Assembly: GCA_014905635.1 (NCBI GenBank) | Contig: JABVCE010000004.1 | Coordinates: forward strand, 682,001-746,000 | Origin: Scenedesmus sp. PABB004 | Taxonomy: Eukaryota | DNA: 64,000 nt | Direction of reading: 5' to 3' | Part shown: positions 22,749 to 32,538 of the stretch, one piece after another | How positions within the stretch are numbered: the stretch's first letter is position 1 | Layout: each line of letters opens with the position of its first letter | The notes under the pieces: generated by a model | The model's database searches: none | What the model was told of the DNA's origin: nothing | What the model saw: only the letters and a program-made list of their open reading frames with translations | Program-made: the position numbers and the translations under genes

Positions 22749-25460
22749 ATGGCGGCACAAGAGGCGGCACCGGCGTGCGTCCACGCCCCGCCGCCACCGC
22801 CGCCGTGCATCAACTCCATGCCCGTCGGCGCGCTGCACGGCGTCTTCTCCCACCTGGGCCCGCGCGACCTCGCGGCCTGCAGCGCGACGTGCCGCCTCTG
22901 GCGGCGGCTGAACGACGACGCCGCCAGCCGGCGCGCCTGGCGGCGCTTCTATACGCAGCGCTGGAGCGTGCCGGGGCCGGCGCGCGAGGACGGCGTGTGC
23001 TGGATGCGGCGATACGGCGCCAAGGTGAAGCTCTCCCAGAGCTGGGCGGGGCGCTTCGAGCACGACAGCCTCTGGGGCCACAAGGCGGGCGTCAAGGCGC
23101 TGCGGCTGCTGCCGGCGGCGGGCATGCTGCTCACCGGCTCGCTCGACCGCACGGTGCGGCTGTGGGACCTCAACTCTGGCATGCCCGTGAGCGTCACCCG
23201 CCCCGGCGCCCACGGCGGCACCGTGCGCGCGGTCGCGCTCGACAACGGCGTCGTCGCGAGCGGCGGCAGCGACTGCGTCGTGCGCCTCTGGCACGCGCGC
23301 GGCGCGAGCGACGGCGCGAGCGACGCCGACCCCGCCGCCGCCGGCGCCGGCGGCGGCGCGCTGCTGGGGCTCGCGCGCGGCGCGGGCGCGGGCGCGATGG
23401 AGCTGGACGGCCCCGCCGACCGGGGGCCCTACTCCATCGTCACGGGCGACGCGGACGAGGGGCTCTTTGACCTGGCGCTGCCGGCGCAGCAGCTACGCGG
23501 GCACATCGGGCCGGTCACCAGCCTCGGCCTCACCGACGGCCTGCTGCTCAGCGGGAGCTGGGATTACACGGTGCGCCTCTGGCGCCGCGGCAGCTGGGAC
23601 TGCATCAGCGTGTTCAAGTACTCCGACTGGGTCTACGACCTCGTCGCGCGCGGCGGCCTGCTGCTCGCGGCCGCGGGGCCCGAGGTCTGCGTGCACGACC
23701 TCGCGACCGGGCAGATCGTGCGCAAGGTGGCCGCGCAACGCGCGGGGCCGCAGCAGCTGGGGCGGCGCGCGCGGCGGCGGGCGCCGCCCGCGAGCTGCCG
23801 CCGCGCCGCCCACCCGCGCACCGCCCGCTCGCTGGCGACCCTGCAGTTCCAGAACCTCCACGAGGGCAGCGTCTCGGCCGTGGAGGGCAGCCACGACGGC
23901 CGCACGCTCTTCACCGGCGGCGGCGACGGCCTGCTGCTCGCGCACGACCTGCGCATGCGCGAGCCCTCGCGCGTGCTCTACCACCACAACGCCGGCGTGC
24001 ACGGCCTCGCGCTCGAAGACCCCTGGCTCGTCTCGGCCGCGTCGGGTACGGCGCGCCGCGCGGCGCGCGCCGCGCGGCGCGGGGGCGCGTCCCGCGGGCG
24101 TGCCCACGCTCCCGACCGCACCAGAACTCTCACGCCGCCGCGCCGCGCCGCCGCCGGCCGCGCAGACGGCACCGTGGTGATGCACAACCTCGAGGCGGCG
24201 CCGCCGACGAGCGGCGGCGCCGGCGCTGGCGGCGGCGCCGCGGGCGGGCCGCCGCCGCGGCGCAGCCTGGGCGCGCCGGGGCACTCGGGGCCGATGTACT
24301 GCGTGGACATCGCTGAGTCGTGGCTCGCCGCGGGCGGAGAGTCGCCGGCGGTGCGGACGTGGGACTTCAGCAAGGCCGCGGAGGCGGCGGCGCGCGCGGC
24401 GGCGGCCAAGGCCGCGCGCAGCAGCTCCAAGCGCGCCGCGCGGGCGCGGCGCGAGGAGCGCGCCGGCGCGGGCGAGGCGCGCGGCGGCGGCGCACCCGGC
24501 GGCGGCGGGCGGCGGGGCAGGGGCGGCGGCGGCGGGGCCGCCGCCGCCGCCGCCGCCGCCCAGCAGGAGGCGGGCGGCGCCTCCAGCAGCGCTGCTGCCG
24601 CGGCGGGCAACAGCGGCGGCAGCGGCTTCGGCGGCGGCGCGGCGGCTGCCGGCGGCGGCAGCGGCAGGGCGCCGCGCGGGCTGCTCAGCGCGGCGGCGGC
24701 GGCGGCCCGCGCCGCCGCTGCGGCACCGCACGGCGCACAGCACGCGCAGCACGGCCCGGAGCGCTTCCACGTGATCAGTGGGCGGGGCCAGCAGCGCGGC
24801 GGCGGCCACGGGAGCGGCCACGGCGGCGGCCACGGCGGCGGCAGCGGGCACAGCCCGTGCACCGGCCACGGCAGCAGCTACGGCAGCAGCCCCCCGGCCC
24901 AGGGCCCAGGCGGCAGCCTGGCGGCGGCGCCGCTGCACGGCGGCCACTGGCCGGCACGCCACCGCGGCGGCCCCCTGCAGGCCGCGCAGCGCCCGGGCGG
25001 CCTCGGCAGCAGCCCACCGCTGAGCTGGGCGCCGCACGGTGGCGGCGGCGGCGGGCGTCAGCGCGACGGCGCGCAGGAGCACGCGGGGCAGTTGCAGGGG
25101 CAGGGCATCCCAGTGCCCCGTGCCGTGCCCCCGCACCACTTCCGCCGCCAGGCGGCGGCCGCCAGCGCGGCGGCGGGCGGCGGCGGTCGGGCGCCGCCGG
25201 CCCGCGGGGCCGCAGGCGCGGACGCCGCCTGCTCCAGCAGCGCCGGCTCGCCCGCGGCGGGCGGCGGCGCCGGCTACCACGTGCCGTTCAGCAGCAGCTT
25301 CCCCTCGGCCGCGCGGCCGGGCCCCTGGGTCGCGGCGGGCTCGAGCCCGCGCCTCGGCGTCGCGGCGCACGGCGGCACGCCGCCGCGCAGCGGCAGCAGC
25401 CGCGCCGGCGGCGGCAGCGGGGGCGGCAGCGACTGGGGGCCCAACTCGATCAGCTCGTGA
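22749..25460 (+). CDS. F-box/WD40 protein with long low-complexity tail, 2 introns
   Basis: F-box INSMPVGALHGVFSHLGPRDLAACSATCRLWRRL; WD repeats LWGHKAGV..LLTGSLDRTVRLWD, LRGHIGPV..LLSGSWDYTVRLW, VRTWDF. Confidence 0.92.
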   Translation: MAAQEAAPACVHAPPPPPPCINSMPVGALHGVFSHLGPRDLAACSATCRLWRRLNDDAASRRAWRRFYTQRWSVPGPAREDGVCWMRRYGAKVKLSQSWAGRFEHDSLWGHKAGVKALRLLPAAGMLLTGSLDRTVRLWDLNSGMPVSVTRPGAHGGTVRAVALDNGVVASGGSDCVVRLWHARGASDGASDADPAAAGAGGGALLGLARGAGAGAMELDGPADRGPYSIVTGDADEGLFDLALPAQQLRGHIGPVTSLGLTDGLLLSGSWDYTVRLWRRGSWDCISVFKYSDWVYDLVARGGLLLAAAGPEVCVHDLATGQIVRKVAAQRAGPQQLGRRARRRAPPASCRRAAHPRTARSLATLQFQNLHEGSVSAVEGSHDGRTLFTGGGDGLLLAHDLRMREPSRVLYHHNAGVHGLALEDPWLVSAASGTARRAARAARRGGASRGRAHAPDRTRTLTPPRRAAAGRADGTVVMHNLEAAPPTSGGAGAGGGAAGGPPPRRSLGAPGHSGPMYCVDIAESWLAAGGESPAVRTWDFSKAAEAAARAAAAKAARSSSKRAARARREERAGAGEARGGGAPGGGGRRGRGGGGGAAAAAAAAQQEAGGASSSAAAAAGNSGGSGFGGGAAAAGGGSGRAPRGLLSAAAAAARAAAAAPHGAQHAQHGPERFHVISGRGQQRGGGHGSGHGGGHGGGSGHSPCTGHGSSYGSSPPAQGPGGSLAAAPLHGGHWPARHRGGPLQAAQRPGGLGSSPPLSWAPHGGGGGGRQRDGAQEHAGQLQGQGIPVPRAVPPHHFRRQAAAASAAAGGGGRAPPARGAAGADAACSSSAGSPAAGGGAGYHVPFSSSFPSAARPGPWVAAGSSPRLGVAAHGGTPPRSGSSRAGGGSGGGSDWGPNSISS

Positions 25461-25565
25461 GCGCGGGGAGAGCGGCGTTGCGAATTGTGCCGGACCGCCC
25501 GCGGACCGAGAGCTGCGTTACAGCGCGGCGCTGCGCATACGACATGCCAAGCGCCACGCTTGTTG

Positions 25566-25570
25566 TTACA
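25566..25570 (-). promoter_or_regulatory. TGTAA poly(A) signal of the saposin gene (second copy at 25518-25522)
   Basis: ttaca on the + strand about 150 nt past the stop. Confidence 0.55.
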
Positions 25571-25722
25571 CGTGTGATACACGCACGGCCGACCAGCAGC
25601 GAGGATGCAGGGCCCGCCTCCCTCATCAACGCCCGAGCCAGCCCCGCGCGTTGATCGGTCAATCGATCAACCCAGTCAGCCTGCAGGCGCCCGCCCCTGC
25701 GGCACCGCGCGCGGCCCTGCGC

Positions 25723-27599
25723 TCACGCGCGCATGACGCCTGCGCCGTTGCTGAACTTGCCGGCCCTGCCGTACCGCGCCGCGACGACCGCGGCCTGCGC
25801 CGCCCACGCGCTCGGCGGCGGCGGGCAAAGCTTGAGCTGCACGCACACCTGCGCGGCGCAGCGGGGCGGCGGCAAGAAGCACGTGAGCGGCGGCGCTGCA
25901 ACCGCGCCCGCCGCGCGGGCAGGCTCTCTTTCCCCGCCCCGCTCTCGCGCGCATTGCGTCGCCGCCGCCGCACCGGCTCGGGCTGGAGGTAGGCGAGGAC
26001 CATGCCGAAGACCATGGGCGCGTACTGCGCGACGTCGGCCTTGCACGTCTCGGCCACGCTCGGCACGAGGTCGCACGCCTGCTTGGCGTAGCCCTCCGCC
26101 TGCACCTGCAGCTCGGGGTTGGCCACCATGTCGCGCATCTCGGTCACGATCACCTGCGCCAGCGCGGCGCAGCGGCGGAGCGGCGGGGCGCGGGGCGGGG
26201 TGAGCGTGTGGTTGCTGGGCCAGCGCGAGGAGCAGCGCGCGGCGGCGCGCGGCGCGGCGGCGCGCGCCTTGCAGGTGTCGCAGTGCTCGCCGTCGTTGGA
26301 CGGCGGCGCGCGCGTCAGCGCGGCGAGGCGCGCCGCCGCCGCGACGGCGGCGCGCGGGAGCGGGCGCGGCGGGCCGGCGCGCGCGACTGCGGCGTCGAGG
26401 CAGGTTCCGATCATCATGCAGACCTCGGCCGGGTCCATGGTCGCCACGTAGCGCAGCAGCGCCATCTCATACTGGTCCACAAAGGCCCCGCACGCGTCGC
26501 GCAGCGCGCCCTCGGGCAGCGAGGCGCACGCGGAGAGGCTCGCGGCGCGGATGTCGTCCTGCGCGCGCAGCACGGGCCGGTGGAGTGGGCGCGGGCGCGG
26601 GCGTGGGCGCGATGGGTGTGGGCGCGGTGGGCGCGGTGGGCGCGGTGGGCGCGGTGGGCGCGGTGGGCGCGGTGGGCGCCGCCGCGCCGCCGCGCACCAG
26701 CGTGGCGGGGTCGGCCACGGTCTCCTTGACCTTGCCCGCCACAAACATGCACAGCGGGCAGGTCACGTCGTTGGGGCGGCTTGTGACGCGGCGGGGGGCC
26801 TTGCCCTGCGCGTGCGCGCCGCAGGGGCGGGCAGGCGGTCAGGTGGGCGGGCAACCGAAAGGGCCTGCGCAGCCTGCACGCCGCCGCCGCGTGCCGCCGC
26901 GTGCCGCGCGTGCGCGCACCAGCAGCAGCTCGTTGCTCGCGCCGCACACGCCGGCGTCGGCGCAGAGGACGTCGGGGCTCGCGTTGGCGCGCACCCACTC
27001 GACGACCGCGGGCGTGAGCCCCGCCACGAGGTCGGCGCACTGGCGGCGCGCGGCGGCGGACGGGGGGCGGGGGCGTCTCACTCCGCGCCCCGGCGCCGCG
27101 CCCCAGCGCCGGCGGCGGCATCGGCGGCAGCGGCGGGCGCGTGGCGGCGGCGGGCGCGCGCGCCTGCTGCTTGTCGGGCATCTGGGGGCACAGGTTGTCC
27201 ACAACCCACTGCGCCTGCGTGACAGGGGCGGCAGCGGTGCGCGATCAGGGGCTGCGCCGGGGCGTGGCGGCCCTGGGGCAGGGCGCGCCAGCGCGGCATC
27301 TCCCGTCGACATCGCCCCAGCCCCGCGCGCCGCGGCGAGGCCGCACCAGGCTGTCATCCACCATGGGGTCGCACATGAGGTCGCTGAGCACGTGAACCGC
27401 GGTCTTGCACACGCCGCACGCGTCGTTGGAGGACGGCGCGGCCGCGAGCAGCGGGCCTGCGCGGGGCGCGGCCGTGCGGCTCGGTGGCGCCTCGCACCGC
27501 CCCGCACCAGCACCCAAGTTGCGGCGCGTGCTCCCGCGCACCTCGGGCCGCCGCGCCGCCCGCCAGCAGCGCCAGCGCGCAGAGGAGGGCCAGCCTCAT
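25723..27599 (-). CDS. Prosaposin-like protein: signal peptide plus three saposin-B domains, ~7 introns
   Basis: MRLALLCALALLAGGAAA; three CxxC..C..C..C..C units: CGVCK..LCADAGVC, CPLCM..VCMMIGTC, CDTCK..VCVQLKLC. Confidence 0.9.
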
Positions 27600-27754
27600 C
27601 TCGGCGTCGGTTCGGGAGGCTCGCGTGCGTGCGTGGCGGGTGCGGCTTCCCCGCAGCGTGGGTGGGTGGAACGCGCGGTGCGAGGGGCCGGCTGGTCGCC
27701 GCTGGCGGGGCGCCGCCGCGCAAAGCCCCGCCGCCGCGACGCCAGCGTCGCCGG

Positions 27755-27759
27755 TTACA
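27755..27759 (-). promoter_or_regulatory. TGTAA poly(A) signal of the OPR gene
   Basis: ttaca about 80 nt past the stop. Confidence 0.55.
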
Positions 27760-27838
27760 CGCGCCGCTGCGCCGCTGCGCGGCGGATGTTAGCAAAGTTG
27801 GGAAAAACGCCCTCTTGCGGTGCTTGTCGCAGCGCCAC

Positions 27839-30124
27839 TCAATTTTCACTCCCAACGCGCTCAGCACACCCGCACGCGCTCCGCGCGCGCCTGCTCGGGC
27901 GCCGCCGCCGGCGGCTCCGGCGCGGCCGCCTCGCCCGGCGGCACGCCGCCGCAGCAGCGCGCGCCGCCGCCGCGCGCGCCGCGGCCGCGGCCGCCGCGGC
28001 AGCCGCGTCGGCCGCGTCGGCGGCGCGTCGCAGCTCGCCGAGCGCCTCGGCCAGCGCGGCGGCCTGCGCCGGCGGCGCGTGCGCGCCGCGCGCCGCGGCG
28101 AGCTCGCCGTACGCCTCGACGAAGCGCGGCGCCGGCAGGGGGTGGAGCCGCGCGAGGCGCGACGCGCCGCGCGTGAGCTGCTCCCACGTCATGCGCGGCG
28201 CGGCGCGGCAGCAGTGCAGGCCGCACAGGTCGGCGAGGCGCGGGCCCAGCGCGCCGCGGCACAGCCGCCCGACCGCCCACACGAGCCGCAGCAGCTGCTC
28301 CGCCGGCAGCGACCGGTCCGCGAGCGCGCCCGCGAGCTCGTCGTGCCCGTCGGCGAGCGCGCGCGACAGCCACGCGCGCCCGAGCGGCAGGCGCAGCTTG
28401 GCGGCCGCCCAGAGGGCCTTGACCATCGCCGCCGCGTCGGCGGAGCCCCACGCGGCGCGCAGCGCGCGCATCCAGGCCTCGGCCCACGCGCCCGACGGCG
28501 CGAGCCCCAAGTGCACCTGGCCCGCGAGCAGCTCGGCCAGGCCGTGCGCGGTGAAGCGCGGCATCGCCGCGAGCGAGGCGTCGTCAAACGCGGCCAGCCA
28601 CGCGCCGCTCGGCGTCGCCTGCAGCGCGGCGAGGCCCCACAGCGTGATCGCGAGCTCCTGCGGCGCCGACGCGGCCAGGCGCGGCGCGCTGGCGGCCATG
28701 AAGGCATCGAGCCAGCCAGGGTTTGGCCGCACGCGCAGCCGGCCGAGCGCCCACATCGTGCTCGCCAGGTCCCGCGCGCCCGGGCGCGGCGCCTCCAGCA
28801 GCTGCGCCTGCAGCGCCGGCAGCACGTGCTCCAGCCAGCGCGACGGCGGGCGCTGCCGCAGCGCCGCGCACGCCGACAGGCACATAACGGCGTGCCGCGG
28901 GTGGCTGGCCGCCCACGCGGGGCGGCCGACCTGGCGCAGCAGCGCCTCGTCCAGCCACGCCGGCGCGGGCGCCAGCCCCAGCCGCGCCGCCGCCCACAGC
29001 GTGGTCGCGAGCTCGCGCGGCTGCAGCTCCCCAAAGTGCGCCTGCGCGCGCGCCAGCAGGAACTGCCCGAGCTCCGGCGGCGGGCGCAGCCGCAGCGCCG
29101 CGAGCGCCCACATCGCGTTCGCGACGTCCTGCGGCGCGCTGCGCGGCAGCTCGCGGTGCAGCGCCGACAGCAGCTCGCGCTGCAGCGCGCCGTCGCTCAA
29201 GAGCGTCTCCGCCGGCTGCAGCACCAGCGGCGCGCGCGCGCCGGCGCCGGCGCCGGCGGCGGCGAGCGTCGTCGCGAGCGCCCAGAGGACGTTGGAGACG
29301 TCGCGGCAGCTCGCGCCGTGCAGGCGCGCGAGCGTGTGCGCGCGCCACGCGGGGCCCCAGCTGCCGGCGGGGTCGGCCCACGCATCGTAGCCGAGGCTGG
29401 CCAGCGCCCAGGCCATGTTGGAGAGCTGCCGCGGCGCCGCGGCGGCGAGCTGCGGCTCCGCCGCGCAGAGCGCCTGCGCGACGAAGGCCCGCCAGTTGAC
29501 GGGCCGGCTCGCGGCCGGCACGCGCAGCTGCGCGAGCTGGCAGAGCAGGGCCGCGAGGTTGACCGCGTTCATGCAGAGCGACTGCTGCGCAAACAGCACC
29601 GCCGCGTCGCGCCAGGTCGCGCAGCGCTTGACGCGGCGCGTGAGCGCCGCCGGCGCCAGCTCGCACAGCGGCGCCGGCAGCAGCGCGCGCTCGCGCGCCG
29701 GTGCGCCGCGCTGCAGCGCGCCCGGCGGGCGCGCCGGCAGCGGCAGCGGCGGGTGTGGGTGCTGGCGAGGCTGCTGCTGCTGCCGCCGCTGCTGCGGTAG
29801 CGACGGGCGCGCCAGCAGCGGGTGCTCGGCTGGCTGCTGCGGCTCCCGCGGCGCCGGCGGCAGCGCCAGAGGCTGCGCTGCGTGCTGCTGCTGCTCTTCA
29901 GCCGCCGCCTGCTGCCTGCTGCGCGCCAGCTGCTGCGGCGACGGCCGCGCGAGGCGCTGCTGCTGCTGCCGCCCGCGCGCGCCGCCAGGCGCGCTGGCGG
30001 CGGGAGCTGCTGCCTGTGTCGCCTCTGAGCTCGCTGTCGCGCGTGCGGGCAGCGCGCCGCGAGGCGCCGGCCGCGCGGGCGGGGCGCCGGCAGCCCGCCA
30101 GCGCGGGGCGCTGCTGCCCAGCAT
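27839..30124 (-). CDS. Octotricopeptide-repeat (OPR, TBC2-like) organellar RNA-binding protein, intronless
   Basis: ~38-aa helical repeats: PRQLSNMAWALASLG, PQDVANAMWALAALRLRPPPEL, PRELATTLWAAARLG..APAW, ARDLASTMWALGRLRVRPNPGW, PQELAITLWGLAAL; transit-like N-terminus. Confidence 0.88.
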   Translation of the reverse strand: MLGSSAPRWRAAGAPPARPAPRGALPARATASSEATQAAAPAASAPGGARGRQQQQRLARPSPQQLARSRQQAAAEEQQQHAAQPLALPPAPREPQQPAEHPLLARPSLPQQRRQQQQPRQHPHPPLPLPARPPGALQRGAPARERALLPAPLCELAPAALTRRVKRCATWRDAAVLFAQQSLCMNAVNLAALLCQLAQLRVPAASRPVNWRAFVAQALCAAEPQLAAAAPRQLSNMAWALASLGYDAWADPAGSWGPAWRAHTLARLHGASCRDVSNVLWALATTLAAAGAGAGARAPLVLQPAETLLSDGALQRELLSALHRELPRSAPQDVANAMWALAALRLRPPPELGQFLLARAQAHFGELQPRELATTLWAAARLGLAPAPAWLDEALLRQVGRPAWAASHPRHAVMCLSACAALRQRPPSRWLEHVLPALQAQLLEAPRPGARDLASTMWALGRLRVRPNPGWLDAFMAASAPRLAASAPQELAITLWGLAALQATPSGAWLAAFDDASLAAMPRFTAHGLAELLAGQVHLGLAPSGAWAEAWMRALRAAWGSADAAAMVKALWAAAKLRLPLGRAWLSRALADGHDELAGALADRSLPAEQLLRLVWAVGRLCRGALGPRLADLCGLHCCRAAPRMTWEQLTRGASRLARLHPLPAPRFVEAYGELAAARGAHAPPAQAAALAEALGELRRAADAADAAAAAAAAAARAAAARAAAAACRRARRPRRSRRRRRPSRRARSACGCAERVGSEN

Positions 30125-30390
30125 CGCGGGAGACCGGGCCGGTCGTGGCGGTGAGAGCTCGCCGAATGCGGGGGATCAGGCCATGTCGGCGGCCCGTTTG
30201 AGCGCTGGGCGCGAGAGGAGGCCCCAGGCCTGTTCCCCTCGAGCTGGGGCGCGCGCTGTCGGCCGGCTCGCAGCGTCGAACGGCCCGGAGGGATTGCGAG
30301 TCACCGGCGCGGCGTGCGCGGCAGATCCCCGCCGCGCCCGGCGCCGCGCTTCTGCGCGCCGCCCGGACCGCCGCCAACGCGCCGCCGCGC

Positions 30391-32151
30391 TCAGCGCTTG
30401 GCCTTCTTCGCGCGTCGCGACAGGATCCAGCGGCTGCTGGCCTTGTTCTTGTCGCGCGTCTTCTTGCCCTTGGAGTGCAGGCCCCAGGGGCTGCAGCTCG
30501 GCCGCCCGCCCGCGGTGCCGCCGCCCATCGGGTGGTCCACCGGGTTCATCGCCACGCCGCGCACCTGCGGCAACGGCGGCGGCGGTGCCGCCGCGGCGGC
30601 GTCAAGCCAGGCACGGCGGGAGGCGCGGCGGCGGTGTCGGGCCAGGCGGCGCGCCGCGCGCCGCACCGTCGGCCTGCGGCCCGCGTGCCGGCTTGCGCCG
30701 GCGCTGCCGAGCACGCGGTTCTTGTTCTGCGGGTTGGACACCGCGCCGATGGTGGCGCGGCACTTCAGGTTGATGAGCCGCTGCTCGCCTGCACAAGCGG
30801 GGGCGGGCAGCGGCGTTGATGTCGGCAGGCGCGCGGTGAGCCGGCCGTCGCGGGCGGTCGACGCGCGCTCATGGCGCGGCGGCGGCGCGCGGGGCGCGCA
30901 CCCGAGGGCAGGCGGACGATGGCGTGCTCCTCCTGCTTGTTGACGATCGTGGCCATGCAGCCCGCGGCGCTGCGGCGGCCCCGGCGCGGCGGCGGGGTGC
31001 GCGGTCAGCGCGGGCGGGCCGGCCGCCGCCGTGCGCCCGCGCGCCCCGCCGCCGCGCGCGCGGGCGCAGCGCACAGCGCACAGCGCACAGCGCACAGCGC
31101 ACCGCGCGATCACGGCGCCCTTGAGCGGCTGCAGCTCAATGCAGTGGATGGGCATCCCGACAGGGATGTCGCGCAGCGGCAGCGTGTTGCCCGCGCGGAT
31201 CGCCGCGCCCGGGCCGGCCGCGATCGTGTCGCCCGGCGCGAGGTCCTGCGGGGCCAGCACGTAGCTGTACAGCGGCGGCGCCGCACCGCCGCGGCCGCCG
31301 GGCGGCGGCGCTGCGCGCCGGCGCGTGGGCGGGGGTGGGCGGGCGGGCCGGCGTGGGCGGGCTGGCGGCGGCGTTCTTCTGCCGCGCGTGCGCGCGGCCG
31401 ACGACGGGCGCAGCCCGCACACGCGGCCCCGCGCGCGCACCCGCGTCGTAGCGCACGAGCGCGACGTAGCCGGTGCGGTTGGGGTCATACTCGAGCCGCT
31501 CGACGCGGCCCGTCACGCCCACCGGCACGATGCGCTGGAAGTCGACCTGGCGCAGGCGCCGCTTGGGGCCGCCGCCCCTGCGAAGCGGCGGCGGCGGCGG
31601 CGCGGGCATCGGGCGCGTGGCACGCCGCGGCGGCGGCGGCGGCGGCGAGGACAGGCGGCCGGCGGCGCGCACCTGTGGCGCACGGTGATGCGCCCGTGCG
31701 CGTTGCGGCCGCCGATGCGCGTCGCGCCCTGGCTGAGGCAGCGCATCGGCCGGCCGCGCCAGATGCCCGTGCGCCGCACGGTCACGCGGCCGCGCACGCC
31801 GGGGCTGGTGGGCTTCCAGAATTTGAGCCCCGGGTTGGCCGCCTGGCGCTGCTGCACGCGCGTCGCCATGCCGCGCGCGCTCGGCGCCGCCGGCTGCTGG
31901 TGCGCCGGCGGCGCCAGCGCCGGCGGCCAGCGTGGTAGCTGCTGCCGCAGCTGCTGCTGCACCTGCTGCACCTGCTGCTGGGGCTGCTGCGCCTGCAGCT
32001 GCCACGCCCGCAGCAGCGCGCCGCCGCTGCTCGCGCGCCGGCCGCTCGCCGCCGCTGCCGCCGCCGCCGGCCGCGCGGCGGCGCCGCTCGCCGCCTGGCG
32101 CGTCGCGGCGGCCAGCAGGCCCCGCAGCAGCGGGAGCGCGCCGGCCCGCAT
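30391..32151 (-). CDS. RPL2: Nucleus-encoded organellar (probably mitochondrial) ribosomal protein uL2, 5 introns
   Basis: [77 protein letters not shown]; long Arg/Ala presequence ending in RGMAT. Confidence 0.95.
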
Positions 32152-32538
32152 CGGCGCTGCCCAGGCGCGAGGACGATCGCACGCGTGCTGCGGCCGGGGC
32201 GTGCGCCTGGCGCGGCTGCGATGCCCGGCGAACGCGGCGAGGTGGATCGCGGGTGTGCGGCGCGCCAGGGCCCTGCGGGCCGCTCTGGTGCTTTTGTTAC
32301 GGCCGGCGAAGCGCGGCGCTGCGCCGCCGCTCGCCGCTCGAGACGCGCCCTGCAGGTGGCGGCTATAGTCGACTCCCCGCCCACTTGTCTCGGACGACCG
32401 CAGAGGCAGAGGCCGCGAGCGCCCGCCGTGCACCAGCAGCAGCAGCAGCAGCAGCGCGGCGCTGCCGCGCGCCCGCCGTCGCCGCGGGCCGCCGCAGGCC
32501 GCAGCCAGCCGCAGGGCCGGCCGAACGGCGATCCCGCA

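Noticed and set aside
26585..29800. 1071-aa + strand ORF, and similar long Arg/Ala/Gly/Pro ORFs such as 12867-15875 read whole and 52209-54866
   Set aside because: Shadow or antisense frames caused by stop-codon scarcity at very high GC; real genes occupy other frames.
26625..31100. Short intronic tandems (GGGCGCGGT)n at ~26625 and (GCACAGC)n at ~31065
   Set aside because: Ordinary slippage repeats inside introns, with no sign of function.
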